The position numbers and the translations under genes were made by a program. Below, piece after piece: positions 1 to 10,695 of a DNA stretch of 64,000 bases (positions within the stretch are counted from its first letter, which is position 1; each line of letters starts with the position of its first letter). The stretch is from Escherichia coli. Lineage in GTDB: Bacteria > Pseudomonadota > Gammaproteobacteria > Enterobacterales > Enterobacteriaceae. The notes under the pieces were generated by a model. That model was not told the origin of the DNA, ran no database searches, and worked only from the letters and a program-made list of their open reading frames with translations. The stretch is from assembly GCF_003991155.1 (NCBI RefSeq), contig NZ_CP031295.1. One strand, given 5' to 3'.

Positions 1-1
1 G

Positions 2-1282
2 CCTGTGCCGGATATGACCGGTGTGGTGGATACGACCTTTGATGACAAGGTGCGTCAGCATGCCACCACCGAGATGCAGGTGACGGCAGCGCAGATGCAG
101 AAGCAGTATGAGGAAATCCGTCGTGAGCTGGATGTTCTGAACAAACAGCGCGGTGATGACCAGCGTCGTATTGAAAAGTTGGGACAGGACAATGCCGCCC
201 TGGCAGAGCAGGTAAAAGCCCTGGGTGCTAATCCCGTCACGGCGACCGGTGAGCCTGTACCGCAGATGCCTGCCTCACCGCCCGGCCCGGAAGGCGAACC
301 ACAGCCAGGAAACACCCCCGTATCCTTCCCGCCGCAGGGCAGCGTTGCTGTTCCACCGCCGACGGCGTTTTATCCCGGGAATGGTGTCACGCCACCACCA
401 CAGGTGACGTACCAGTCTGTGCCGGTGCCTAACCGGATACAGCGTAAGGTGTTTACCCGTAATGAGGGAAAACAGGGACCATCACTGCCGTACATTCCGT
501 CAGGAAGTTTTGCGAAAGCCATGCTGATTGAAGGGGCGGATGCCAATGCCTCTGTCACCGGTAATGAATCCACGGTGCCGATGCAGCTGCGTATCACCGG
601 CCTGGTGGAAATGCCGAACAGCAAGACGTATGACGCAACGGGATGTTTTGTTGGTCTGGAAGCCTGGGGGGATGTGTCCAGTGAGCGTGCCATTGTACGT
701 ACCCGCAATATCAGCTGCCTGAAGGACGGCAAAACTATTGATATGCCGATTAAGGGGCATGTCAGCTTCCGGGGTAAAAACGGTATCAAGGGCGAAGTGG
801 TGATGCGTAACGGCAAAATCCTCGGCTGGGCATGGGGCGCGGGATTTGTTGACGGTATCGGTCAGGGAATGGAGCGCGCCTCCCAGCCGGCTGTCGGGCT
901 GGGTGCCACTGCTGCTTACGGGGCCGGCGATGTCCTTAAAATGGGTATCGGTGGCGGCGCATCGAAAGCCGCACAGACGCTCAGTGACTACTACATCAAA
1001 CGTGCCGAACAGTATCACCCGGTGATACCGATTGGTGCGGGCAACGAAGTGACCGTGGTGTTCCAGGACGGCTTCCAGCTGAAAACCGTGGAAGAGATGG
1101 CGCTGGAACGCACGCAGAGCAGAGCGGAAGAAGACAATCCGGAAAGTCCGGTTCCTGTTCCGCCATCAGCTGAAAGTCATCTTAACGGCTTTAATACTGA
1201 CCAGATGCTGAAGCAGCTGGGCAACCTGAATCCGCAGCAGTTTATGTCCGGCAGTCAGGGAGGGGGCAATGATGGCAAATAA
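2..1282 (+). CDS. traB: TraB, F-type conjugative transfer protein (N-terminus lies upstream of window)
   Basis: 425-aa ORF running from window edge, proline-rich linker, followed by traP-trbD-trbG-traV synteny typical of F tra operon. Confidence 0.85.
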   Translation, partial: PVPDMTGVVDTTFDDKVRQHATTEMQVTAAQMQKQYEEIRRELDVLNKQRGDDQRRIEKLGQDNAALAEQVKALGANPVTATGEPVPQMPASPPGPEGEPQPGNTPVSFPPQGSVAVPPPTAFYPGNGVTPPPQVTYQSVPVPNRIQRKVFTRNEGKQGPSLPYIPSGSFAKAMLIEGADANASVTGNESTVPMQLRITGLVEMPNSKTYDATGCFVGLEAWGDVSSERAIVRTRNISCLKDGKTIDMPIKGHVSFRGKNGIKGEVVMRNGKILGWAWGAGFVDGIGQGMERASQPAVGLGATAAYGAGDVLKMGIGGGASKAAQTLSDYYIKRAEQYHPVIPIGAGNEVTVVFQDGFQLKTVEEMALERTQSRAEEDNPESPVPVPPSAESHLNGFNTDQMLKQLGNLNPQQFMSGSQGGGNDGK

Positions 1283-1862
1283 TACGTCGTCCCGTCAGGC
1301 GGGCCATGCCGCCCGGTATGTTGTCGCCCGGGTTCTGCGAGGACTGTTCTGGTGTCTGAAGTACACCGTCATTCTGCCACTGGCCACAATGGCCCTGATG
1401 GCTCTGTTTGTTTTATGGAAGGACAACACCACGCCGGGGAAATTACTGGTTAAGGAGATTAACTTCGTAAGACAAACAGCACCTGCCGGACAGTTCCCGG
1501 TCAGTGAATGCTGGTTTTCTTCCTCTGATTCTTCAGGCAGATCAGAAATACAGGATATCTGCCATTACCGCGCGGCTGATGCTGCAGATTATGTCAGGGA
1601 GACTGACCGGTCACTGATGCAACTGGTCACCGCATTATGGGCAACACTGGCACTGATGTATGTCTCGCTGGCAGCGATCACCGGGAAATATCCGGTGCGA
1701 CCCGGAAAAATGAAATGTATCCGGGTGGTAACCGCAGATGAACATCTGAAGGAAGTTTATACGGAAGACGCTTCCCTGCCGGGAAAAATCAGGAAATGCC
1801 CTGTTTATCTTCCTGATGACAGAACAAACAGAAACAACGGAGATAAAAATGAACATGCGTAA
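1269..1862 (+). CDS. traP: TraP conjugal transfer protein
   Basis: 197-aa membrane protein ORF overlapping traB stop; position in F-like gene order. Confidence 0.7.
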   Translation: MMANNTSSRQAGHAARYVVARVLRGLFWCLKYTVILPLATMALMALFVLWKDNTTPGKLLVKEINFVRQTAPAGQFPVSECWFSSSDSSGRSEIQDICHYRAADAADYVRETDRSLMQLVTALWATLALMYVSLAAITGKYPVRPGKMKCIRVVTADEHLKEVYTEDASLPGKIRKCPVYLPDDRTNRNNGDKNEHA

Positions 1863-2046
1863 TATTAATGTTATTACAGCCCTCTCTGTGCCGGGTAAAA
1901 CCGTGTCAGATGATTTTATGCATGCTGTTCTCAGTAACTGCGCCACAAGAATCGTACTTCCTGCACCGGAGAAATTCGGTTCTGAGTCATTGCCGGACAA
2001 TTTTAATATGACTGCTGTCGGTGTGATGAAGAATTCAGAAATATAA
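1849..2046 (+). CDS. trbD: TrbD small tra protein (internal ATG chosen, 65 aa)
   Basis: Small ORF between traP and trbG; synteny only. Confidence 0.5.
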   Translation: MNMRNINVITALSVPGKTVSDDFMHAVLSNCATRIVLPAPEKFGSESLPDNFNMTAVGVMKNSEI

Positions 2047-2057
2047 GGAACCCTTCG

Positions 2058-2309
2058 ATGAATAAGCTGGTTTCTGATGGCAGCGTCAAAAAAATAAATT
2101 ATCCGGTGCTGTATGAGTCCGGAATAACACCTCCGTTATGTGAAGTCAGTGCACCAGAACCTGATGCGGGTGGGAAACGCATTGTGGCATATGTTTATAA
2201 ATCATCACGGAGTACGGTTTTTGAAAATCCTGACATTGTAAAAACCTGTACGGTCAGGGATTTGAAGAAGGATTTTGTGAACTGCGATGAGAAAGGTGAG
2301 GGACAATGA
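2058..2309 (+). CDS. trbG: TrbG
   Basis: 83-aa ORF in expected position upstream of traV. Confidence 0.55.
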   Translation: MNKLVSDGSVKKINYPVLYESGITPPLCEVSAPEPDAGGKRIVAYVYKSSRSTVFENPDIVKTCTVRDLKKDFVNCDEKGEGQ

Positions 2310-2821
2310 AACAGATTTCTTTCTTTATTCCTCTGCTGGGGACCTTATTACTTTCCGGCTGTGCCGGAACCAGTACGGAATTTGAGTGTAACGCCACCAC
2401 ATCCGATACCTGTATGACGATGGAGCAGGCCAATGAGAAGGCCAAAAAACTGGAGCAGTCCTCAGAAGCAAAGCCGGTTGCGGCATCACTGCCGCGCCTG
2501 GCTGAAGGGAACTTCCGGACAATGCCGGTGCAGACCGTCACCGCGACCACTCCGTCCGGCAGCAGACCTGCGGTGACAGCACATCCGGAGCAGAAACTGC
2601 TGGCACCTCGCCCGCTGTTTACCGCTGCCCGGGAAGTGAAAACGGTTGTTCCGGTCAGTTCAGTTACGCCGGTAACACCTCCTCGTCCGCTAAGAACGGG
2701 TGAGCAGACGGCAGCATTATGGATAGCGCCTTATATTGATAACCAGGATGTTTATCATCAGCCATCCAGCGTGTTTTTTGTTATTAAACCGTCTGCGTGG
2801 GGAAAACCACGTATTAATTAA
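2306..2821 (+). CDS. traV: TraV outer-membrane lipoprotein of F-type T4SS
   Basis: 171 aa, lipobox LLLSGCAG after signal peptide, start overlaps trbG stop. Confidence 0.8.
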   Translation: MKQISFFIPLLGTLLLSGCAGTSTEFECNATTSDTCMTMEQANEKAKKLEQSSEAKPVAASLPRLAEGNFRTMPVQTVTATTPSGSRPAVTAHPEQKLLAPRPLFTAAREVKTVVPVSSVTPVTPPRPLRTGEQTAALWIAPYIDNQDVYHQPSSVFFVIKPSAWGKPRIN

Positions 2822-2955
2822 CTGGCCCTGAAGTTGTATATCAGCCGGCAATGCCGGCGGGCTTTCTGTATTCAAAATCTGCCTGTAAAACGAGTGCCCT
2901 GTGCGTGAAAAGGGATGGGCGGTAGCGTGTCAGAACATGTCGGGAGGAATATTCC

Positions 2956-3177
2956 GTGAGTGATGAAGCCGATGAAGCATATTCAGTGACAGAACAACTG
3001 ACCATGACAGGAATAAACCGGATACGCCAGAAAATAAATGCTCATGGTATTCCTGTTTATCTCTGTGAAGCATGCGGAAATCCTATTCCGGAAGCCCGGC
3101 GGAAAATATTTCCCGGTGTGACGTTGTGCGTTGAATGTCAGGCGTATCAGGAAAGACAGAGAAAACATTATGCATAA
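2956..3177 (+). CDS. traR: TraR, DksA-like zinc-finger protein
   Basis: 73 aa with CxxC...CxxC (CEACGNP...CVECQ) C4 zinc finger. Confidence 0.8.
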   Translation: MSDEADEAYSVTEQLTMTGINRIRQKINAHGIPVYLCEACGNPIPEARRKIFPGVTLCVECQAYQERQRKHYA

Positions 3178-3336
3178 GTCAGTCGCAGAACATAGTGATT
3201 TAATTCCGGATGAACATGAGTGGATATTCAGAAAACAGAAATCTTTGTATATGCGCCGGGAAATGGCGCGTTAATTACAGGTATTCCCTTCATGGCTACC
3301 GCATTTCTCGCTTTATTTTTCAACTAAGGAATTCAT

Positions 3337-5964
3337 GTGAATAACCCACTTGAGGCCGTCACTCAGGCGGTTAACTCCCTCGTCACAGCACTGAAACTGC
3401 CTGACGAATCCGCAAAGGCCAATGAAGTTCTGGGCGAAATGAGCTTCCCGCAGTTCAGCCGTCTGCTGCCGTACCGTGATTACAACCAGGAATCCGGTCT
3501 GTTCATGAATGACACCACGATGGGCTTTATGCTGGAAGCCATCCCCATCAATGGGGCGAATGAGTCCATTGTGGAGGCCCTCGATCACATGCTGCGCACC
3601 AAACTGCCGCGCGGTATTCCGTTGTGTATCCATCTGATGTCCAGTCAGCTGGTTGGTGACAGGATTGAATACGGGCTGCGTGAGTTCTCCTGGTCAGGTG
3701 AACAGGCTGAACGGTTTAACGCCATTACCCGGGCCTATTATATGAAAGCGGCAGCGACACAGTTTCCGCTGCCGGAGGGGATGAATCTGCCCCTGACCCT
3801 GCGCCATTACCGGGTGTTTATCTCGTACTGTTCTCCTTCGAAGAAAAAAAGCCGGGCCGACATTCTGGAAATGGAAAACCTGGTGAAAATCATCCGGGCG
3901 TCGTTACAGGGGGCCAGTATCACCACACAGACGGTGGATGCACAGGCCTTTATCGATATTGTCGGGGAGATGATTAACCATAACCCGGACTCCCTGTATC
4001 CGAAAAGACGTCAGCTGGACCCGTATTCTGATCTGAATTATCAGTGTGTGGAGGACAGTTTTGATCTGAAAGTCCGGGCTGATTACCTGACGCTGGGCCT
4101 GCGTGAGAACGGCAGGAACAGCACGGCCCGCATCCTGAATTTCCATCTGGCCCGTAACCCGGAAATCGCCTTCCTGTGGAACATGGCCGACAACTACAGC
4201 AACCTGCTGAACCCGGAACTGTCCATCTCCTGTCCGTTCATCCTGACGCTGACTCTGGTGGTGGAAGACCAGGTGAAAACCCACAGCGAAGCCAACCTGA
4301 AGTACATGGACCTGGAGAAAAAGTCGAAGACCTCCTATGCCAAATGGTTTCCGTCCGTGGAGAAAGAGGCGAAGGAGTGGGGGGAACTGCGTCAGCGGCT
4401 GGGCTCCGGTCAGTCCTCTGTCGTGTCCTACTTCCTCAACATCACAGCATTCTGCAAGGACAATAATGAAACGGCGCTGGAAGTGGAGCAGGACATCCTG
4501 AACAGCTTCCGTAAAAACGGTTTTGAGCTGATTTCACCGCGCTTTAACCACATGCGCAATTTCCTGACCTGCCTGCCCTTTATGGCCGGGAAAGGGCTGT
4601 TTAAACAGTTGAAAGAGGCCGGAGTGGTTCAGCGCGCAGAGAGCTTTAATGTTGCCAACCTGATGCCGTTAGTGGCGGATAACCCCCTGACACCGGCAGG
4701 TCTGCTGGCACCCACCTACCGTAACCAGCTGGCGTTTATCGATATTTTCTTCCGGGGGATGAATAACACCAACTACAACATGGCGGTCTGTGGCACCTCC
4801 GGGGCCGGTAAAACCGGGCTGATACAGCCACTTATCCGCAGCGTGCTGGACTCCGGAGGCTTTGCCGTGGTGTTTGACATGGGGGATGGATACAAGTCCC
4901 TGTGTGAGAACATGGGCGGGGTGTATCTGGACGGTGAAACCCTGCGTTTTAACCCGTTTGCGAACATCACCGATATTGACCAGTCAGCGGAGCGTGTCCG
5001 TGACCAGTTGTCGGTGATGGCCAGCCCCAACGGTAACCTGGATGAAGTGCATGAAGGTCTGCTGCTGCAGGCGGTCAGGGCCTCCTGGCTGGCTAAAAAG
5101 AACAGGGCGCGCATCGATGATGTGGTGGATTTCCTGAAAAACGCCCGTGATAACGACCAGTATGTCGAGTCACCGACCATCCGCAGCCGTCTGGATGAAA
5201 TGATTGTCCTGCTGGATCAATATACCGCCGGCGGCACTTACGGCCGGTATTTTAACTCTGATGAGCCGTCCCTGCGGGATGATGCGAAAATGGTGGTGCT
5301 GGAGCTGGGCGGACTGGAAGACCGTCCGTCACTGCTGGTTGCGGTGATGTTCAGCCTCATTATTTACATCGAGAACAGGATGTACCGCACGCCGCGTAAC
5401 CTCAAAAAACTGAACGTCATTGATGAGGGATGGCGTCTGCTGGACTTCAAAAATCACAAGGTCGGTGAGTTTATTGAGAAAGGTTACCGTACCGCCCGCC
5501 GTCATACCGGTGCCTATATCACCATCACACAGAACATCGTCGACTTTGACTCTGACAAGGCCTCCAGTGCTGCCCGCGCGGCATGGGGTAACTCCTCCTA
5601 CAAAATTATCCTCAAACAGAGTGCGAAGGAGTTCGCGAAATACAACCAGCTGTATCCGGACCAGTTCCTGCCACTGCAGCGTGACATGATTGGTAAGTTC
5701 GGTGCGGCCAAAGATCAGTGGTTCAGTTCCTTCCTGCTGCAGGTGGAAAACCATTCCTCCTGGCACCGTCTGTTTGTGGACCCGTTAAGCCGCGCCATGT
5801 ACAGCTCTGACGGCCCGGATTTTGAGTTTGTGCAGCAGAAGCGTAAAGAGGGGCTGAGTATTCATGAGGCGGTATGGCAGCTGGCGTGGAAGAAGTCAGG
5901 GCCGGAGATGGCTTCGCTGGAAGCCTGGCTGGAAGAACATGAGAAATACAGGAGTGTGGCATGA
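3337..5964 (+). CDS. traC: TraC, VirB4-like T4SS ATPase (GTG start)
   Basis: 875-aa ORF, Walker A-like GTSGAGKT, size and position as in F. Confidence 0.9.
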   Translation: MNNPLEAVTQAVNSLVTALKLPDESAKANEVLGEMSFPQFSRLLPYRDYNQESGLFMNDTTMGFMLEAIPINGANESIVEALDHMLRTKLPRGIPLCIHLMSSQLVGDRIEYGLREFSWSGEQAERFNAITRAYYMKAAATQFPLPEGMNLPLTLRHYRVFISYCSPSKKKSRADILEMENLVKIIRASLQGASITTQTVDAQAFIDIVGEMINHNPDSLYPKRRQLDPYSDLNYQCVEDSFDLKVRADYLTLGLRENGRNSTARILNFHLARNPEIAFLWNMADNYSNLLNPELSISCPFILTLTLVVEDQVKTHSEANLKYMDLEKKSKTSYAKWFPSVEKEAKEWGELRQRLGSGQSSVVSYFLNITAFCKDNNETALEVEQDILNSFRKNGFELISPRFNHMRNFLTCLPFMAGKGLFKQLKEAGVVQRAESFNVANLMPLVADNPLTPAGLLAPTYRNQLAFIDIFFRGMNNTNYNMAVCGTSGAGKTGLIQPLIRSVLDSGGFAVVFDMGDGYKSLCENMGGVYLDGETLRFNPFANITDIDQSAERVRDQLSVMASPNGNLDEVHEGLLLQAVRASWLAKKNRARIDDVVDFLKNARDNDQYVESPTIRSRLDEMIVLLDQYTAGGTYGRYFNSDEPSLRDDAKMVVLELGGLEDRPSLLVAVMFSLIIYIENRMYRTPRNLKKLNVIDEGWRLLDFKNHKVGEFIEKGYRTARRHTGAYITITQNIVDFDSDKASSAARAAWGNSSYKIILKQSAKEFAKYNQLYPDQFLPLQRDMIGKFGAAKDQWFSSFLLQVENHSSWHRLFVDPLSRAMYSSDGPDFEFVQQKRKEGLSIHEAVWQLAWKKSGPEMASLEAWLEEHEKYRSVA

Positions 5965-6347
5965 GTTCAACGCAGAAACCCGCCGACGTCACGGCAGAAC
6001 AACGCATCCACTGGTGGTGGATGGTGCCGGGATGCCTGGCAATGGTGTTACTGAACGCAGCCGTCAGTTACGGCATTGTCAGACTGAACGCACCGGTGAC
6101 TGTCGCCTTCAACATGAAACAGACCGTGGATGCGTTTTTTGACAGCGCCAGTCAGAAACAACTGTCAGAAGCACAGTCAAAAGCCCTTTCAGCGCGTTTT
6201 AACACGGCACTGGAAGCCAGCCTGCAGGCGTGGCAGCAGAAACACCACGCGGTCATTCTGGTGTCGCCTGCTGTGGTACAGGGGGCACCGGATATCACCC
6301 GGGAAATCCAGCAGGATATTGCCCGGCGAATGAGGGCGGAACCATGA
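5961..6347 (+). CDS. trbI: TrbI
   Basis: 128-aa ORF with N-terminal TM helix, overlaps traC stop and traW start. Confidence 0.7.
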   Translation: MSSTQKPADVTAEQRIHWWWMVPGCLAMVLLNAAVSYGIVRLNAPVTVAFNMKQTVDAFFDSASQKQLSEAQSKALSARFNTALEASLQAWQQKHHAVILVSPAVVQGAPDITREIQQDIARRMRAEP

Positions 6348-6976
6348 GATGCCGGGGGCTGATTGCCCTGCTGATATGGGGGCAGAGTGTGGCCGCCGCC
6401 GATCTTGGTACCTGGGGCGATCTGTGGCCGGTAAAGGAGCCGGACATGCTGACGGTGATCATGCAGCGCCTGACGGCACTGGAGCAGTCCGGTGAGATGG
6501 GCCGGAAAATGGATGCCTTTAAGGAGCGGGTGATCCGCAACAGTCTGCGGCCCCCTGCCGTGCCCGGTATCGGACGCACGGAGAAATACGGCAGCCGGTT
6601 GTTTGACCCGTCCGTCAGACTGGCTGCGGATATCCGGGATAACGAAGGGCGGGTGTTTGCCCGTCAGGGTGAAGTGATGAATCCGCTGCAGTATGTTCCT
6701 TTTAACCAGACGCTGTATTTCATCAATGGCGATGATCCGGCGCAGGTGGCCTGGATGAAACGCCAGACGCCGCCCACACTGGAGAGCAAAATTATCCTCG
6801 TGCAGGGCAGTATCCCGGAGATGCAGAAAGCGCTGGACAGCCGTATTTACTTTGACCAGAACGGTGTGCTCTGCCAGCGCCTCGGCATTGATCAGGTCCC
6901 GGCACGGGTGAGCGCCGTTCCCGGCGATCGCTTCCTGAAGGTGGAATTTATTCCGGCAGAGGAGGGCAGAAAATGA
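6344..6976 (+). CDS. traW: TraW pilus assembly protein (internal ATG at 6344 used instead of the longer ORF start at 6230)
   Basis: MRCRGLIALLIWGQSVAA signal peptide; ATGA overlap with trbI stop. Confidence 0.8.
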   Translation: MRCRGLIALLIWGQSVAAADLGTWGDLWPVKEPDMLTVIMQRLTALEQSGEMGRKMDAFKERVIRNSLRPPAVPGIGRTEKYGSRLFDPSVRLAADIRDNEGRVFARQGEVMNPLQYVPFNQTLYFINGDDPAQVAWMKRQTPPTLESKIILVQGSIPEMQKALDSRIYFDQNGVLCQRLGIDQVPARVSAVPGDRFLKVEFIPAEEGRK

Positions 6977-7965
6977 AGCGAGGCCTGTGGCTGCTGATGT
7001 TCTTCCTTCTCGCCGGTCATGTCCCTGCGGCGTCTGCGGATTCTGCCTGTGAGGGGCGTTTTGTAAACCCGATCACGGATATCTGCTGGAGCTGTATTTT
7101 CCCGCTCTCGCTGGGCAGTATCAAAGTCAGTCAGGGTAAGGTCCCCGACACGGCGAACCCGTCGATGCCCATTCAGATTTGTCCGGCACCGCCGCCGCTG
7201 TTCAGGCGTATCGGGCTGGCCATTGGTTACTGGGAGCCGATGGCGCTGACGGACGTCACCCGGTCACCGGGATGCATGGTTAACCTGGGCTTCAGCCTGC
7301 CGGCTTTTGGTAAAACGGCACAGGGAACGGCGAAAAAGGATGAGAAGCAGGTGAACGGGGCGTTCTATCACGTTCACTGGTACAAATACCCGCTGACGTA
7401 CTGGCTGAACATCATCACATCGCTGGGCTGTCTGGAAGGTGGTGACCTGGATATCGCTTATCTTTCTGAAATTGACCCCACCTGGACGGACAGCAGCCTG
7501 ACCACCATTCTCAATCCGGAAGCTGTCATCTTTGCCAATCCGATAGCACAGGGGGCCTGTGCAGCAGATGCCATTGCCAGCGCCTTTAATATGCCTCTCG
7601 ATGTTCTGTTCTGGTGTGCCGGTTCGCAGGGCAGTATGTACCCGTTCAATGGCTGGGTGAGTAATGAGTCCAGTCCGTTGCAGTCCTCCCTGCTGGTCAG
7701 TGAACGCATGGCGTTCAAGCTGCACCGTCAGGGCATGATTATGGAAACCATCGGGAAAAATAACGCCGTCTGTAATGAATATCCGTCCCCAATCCTGCCC
7801 AAAGAACGCTGGCGTTACCAGATGGTGAATATGTATCCGGACAGCGGGCAGTGCCACCCGTTCGGGCGCAGCGTGACCCGCTGGGAAACCGGGAAAAATC
7901 CGCCCAACACAAAGAAAAACTTCGGCTACCTGATGTGGCGTAAACGTAACTGTGTCTTCCTGTGA
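6973..7965 (+). CDS. traU: TraU pilus assembly/DNA transfer protein
   Basis: 330-aa ORF with signal peptide, overlaps traW stop. Confidence 0.85.
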   Translation: MKRGLWLLMFFLLAGHVPAASADSACEGRFVNPITDICWSCIFPLSLGSIKVSQGKVPDTANPSMPIQICPAPPPLFRRIGLAIGYWEPMALTDVTRSPGCMVNLGFSLPAFGKTAQGTAKKDEKQVNGAFYHVHWYKYPLTYWLNIITSLGCLEGGDLDIAYLSEIDPTWTDSSLTTILNPEAVIFANPIAQGACAADAIASAFNMPLDVLFWCAGSQGSMYPFNGWVSNESSPLQSSLLVSERMAFKLHRQGMIMETIGKNNAVCNEYPSPILPKERWRYQMVNMYPDSGQCHPFGRSVTRWETGKNPPNTKKNFGYLMWRKRNCVFL

Positions 7966-7972
7966 GGTGAAT

Positions 7973-8606
7973 GATGAAGCTGAGTATGAAATCTCTGGCA
8001 GCACTGCTGATGATGCTGAACGGGGCGGTTATGGCGTCAGAAAACGTGAACACTCCTGAAAACCGCCAGTTCCTGAAGCAGCAGGAAAATTTAAGCAGAC
8101 AACTGCGTGAAAACCTGACCATCAGCTGAAAGCCGGGCGGAGAAGCAGGTGCTGGAAACCCCTTCAGCGTTCAGATAACCATTTCTGGATGAGCTGGTTC
8201 GTAAACAGCAGGCTTCGCAGGACGGGAAACCCGGCAGGGTGCTCTGTATTTTGTGTCGTTTTCCATTCCCGAAGAGGGGCTGAAACGAATGCTGGGCGAA
8301 ACCCGGCACTACGGTATACCCGCCACACTGCGGGGCATGGTGAACAATGACCTGAAGACCACCGCTGAAGCCGTGCTGTCCCTGGTGAAAGACGGCGCGA
8401 CTGATGGTGTTCAGATCGACCCGACGCTGTTTTCACAGTACGGCATTCGCAGTGTACCGGCACTGGTGGTGTTCTGCAGTCATGGATACGACATCATCCG
8501 GGGAAACCTGCGGGTCGGCCAGGCGCTGGAGAAAGTGGCCGCCACGGGTGACTGCCGGCAGGTGGCTCATGATTTACTGGCAGGGAAAGGAGATTCCGGG
8601 AAATGA
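7973..8606 (+). pseudogene. trbC: trbC, disrupted by several frameshifts (signal-peptide N-terminus 7973-8129 stops early; TrbC-like C-terminus in another frame 8253-8606)
   Basis: N-terminal MMKLSMKSLAALLMMLNGAVMA ORF ends after 52 codons; recognisable TrbC C-terminal sequence resumes in a different frame; indels sit at homopolymer runs. Confidence 0.6.
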
Positions 8607-10411
8607 AACGTATTTTACCTCTGATACTGGCTCTGGTTGCCGGCATGGCACAGGCTGACAGCAACAGTGATTACCGGGCCGGTTCTGATTTTGCTCACCA
8701 GATCAAAGGGCAGGGAAGCAGCAGTATTCAGGGCTTTAAGCCACAGGAGAGTATCCCCGGCTATAACGCGAATCCGGACGAGACAAAATATTACGGTGGC
8801 GTGACTGCCGGCGGGGATGGCGGCCTGAAAAATGACGGCACCACGGAATGGGCGACCGGTGAAACCGGAAAAACCATTACAGAGTCATTCATGAACAAGC
8901 CGAAAGACATTCTTTCACCGGATGCACCGTTTATCCAGACCGGCAGGGATGTGGTGAACCGGGCTGACAGCATTGTGGGAAACACCGGGCAGCAGTGCAG
9001 TGCGCAGGAGATTAGCAGGAGTGAATACACGAATTACACCTGTGAGCGGGATTTACAGGTGGAGCAGTACTGCACACGAACTGCCCGTATGGAGCTGCAG
9101 GGGAGTACCACATGGGAAACCCGGACGCTGGAGTATGAAATGAGTCAGCTACCTGCACGTGAAGTGAATGGTCAGTATGTTGTCTCCATTACCTCTCCCG
9201 TTACCGGTGAAATTGTCGATGCGCATTACAGCTGGAGTCGTACTTACTTGCAGAAGAGTGTACCTATGACAATTACAGTACTGGGAACCCCACTGAGCTG
9301 GAATGCCAAATACTCAGCAGATGCCTCATTTACACCAGTACAGAAAACACTGACTGCCGGTGTGGCTTTTACGTCATCTCACCCCGTCCGGGTCGGGAAT
9401 ACAAAATTCAAACGTCATACGGCAATGAAGCTGCGTCTGGTTGTCAGGGTAAAAAAAGCCTCGTACACCCCGTATGTTGTCTGGTCTGAAAGCTGCCCGT
9501 TCAGCAAGGAGCAGGGGAAACTGACAAAAACAGAATGTACGGAGGCTGGCGGGAACAGGACGCTGGTGAAAGACGGTCAGTCATACAGCATGTACCAGAG
9601 CTGCTGGGCATACCGGGACACGTATGTCACGCAGTCAGCAGACAAGGGAACCTGTCAGACCTACACCGACAATCCTGCCTGTACCCTGGTGTCACACCAG
9701 TGTGCCTTTTACTCCGAAGAAGGTGCCTGTCTGCATGAATATGCCACGTACTCCTGTGAGTCAAAAACATCCGGGAAAGTGATGGTCTGTGGGGGAGACG
9801 TATTCTGTCTCGATGGCGAATGCGATAAGGCTCAGAGCGGGCAGAGTAATGATTTTGCCGAAGCCGTTTCTCAGCTGGCGGCACTGGCCGCAGCAGGTAA
9901 GGATGTTGCGGCGCTGAACGGGGGGGATGTCCGTGCTTTCACCGGTCAGGCGAAATTTTGTAAGAAGGCTGCAGCCGGATACAGCAACTGCTGTAAGGAC
10001 AGCGGCTGGGGACAGGATATCGGGCTGGCCAAATGCAGCAGTGATGAAAAGGCCCTGGCTAAAGCAAAATCAAACAAACTGACCGTCAGCGTCGGGGAGT
10101 TCTGTTCGAAGAAAGTGCTGGGTGTCTGTCTGGAGAAAAAACGCAGCTACTGTCAGTTTGATTCGAAGCTGGCGCAGATAGTCCAGCAGCAGGGGCGCAA
10201 CGGTCAGTTGCGTATCAGTTTTGGTAGTGCGAAGCATCCTGACTGTCGGGGGATTACGGTTGATGAGCTGCAGAAAATTCAGTTCAACAGACTGGATTTC
10301 ACTAACTTCTACGAAGACCTGATGAATAACCAGAAAATCCCGGACAGTGGCGTTCTGACGCAGAAAGTGAAAGAGCAGATTGCTGACCAGCTGAAACAGG
10401 CAGGACAGTAA
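8603..10411 (+). CDS. traN: TraN mating-pair stabilisation outer-membrane protein
   Basis: 602-aa cysteine-rich secreted protein in F gene order. Confidence 0.85.
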   Translation: MKRILPLILALVAGMAQADSNSDYRAGSDFAHQIKGQGSSSIQGFKPQESIPGYNANPDETKYYGGVTAGGDGGLKNDGTTEWATGETGKTITESFMNKPKDILSPDAPFIQTGRDVVNRADSIVGNTGQQCSAQEISRSEYTNYTCERDLQVEQYCTRTARMELQGSTTWETRTLEYEMSQLPAREVNGQYVVSITSPVTGEIVDAHYSWSRTYLQKSVPMTITVLGTPLSWNAKYSADASFTPVQKTLTAGVAFTSSHPVRVGNTKFKRHTAMKLRLVVRVKKASYTPYVVWSESCPFSKEQGKLTKTECTEAGGNRTLVKDGQSYSMYQSCWAYRDTYVTQSADKGTCQTYTDNPACTLVSHQCAFYSEEGACLHEYATYSCESKTSGKVMVCGGDVFCLDGECDKAQSGQSNDFAEAVSQLAALAAAGKDVAALNGGDVRAFTGQAKFCKKAAAGYSNCCKDSGWGQDIGLAKCSSDEKALAKAKSNKLTVSVGEFCSKKVLGVCLEKKRSYCQFDSKLAQIVQQQGRNGQLRISFGSAKHPDCRGITVDELQKIQFNRLDFTNFYEDLMNNQKIPDSGVLTQKVKEQIADQLKQAGQ

Positions 10412-10434
10412 GGTATGGGAAATAACCGGGGGAA

Positions 10435-10695
10435 ATGATGAAAGTCATATTCACGTCGAACCGTTTTATTGATTTTCTTATCCGGCTTTTGATTACAGCG
10501 ATTGTCATTTCTCCGGTAATTATCTGGTCGTGGGATACGGTAAAAGAAACCACGGCAGACGGGATGCTTGCCGCTGCTTTCGTTATCCTTTACTCCGGTG
10601 TGCTCCTGTTTATTCTGTATTTTTGTTTTTCTGCCCTGACTGACCTGCAGAAACCTGATGAAAGAAAAAGTGATGAAAGGAATGAAGATGAATAA
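10435..10695 (+). CDS. trbE: TrbE
   Basis: 86-aa membrane ORF between traN and traF. Confidence 0.55.
   Translation: MMKVIFTSNRFIDFLIRLLITAIVISPVIIWSWDTVKETTADGMLAAAFVILYSGVLLFILYFCFSALTDLQKPDERKSDERNEDE

Noticed and set aside
6230-6343. N-terminal extension of the traW ORF (start at 6230)
   Set aside because: The extension overlaps trbI in another frame and precedes the obvious signal peptide starting at the ATG at 6344, which forms an ATGA overlap with the trbI stop.
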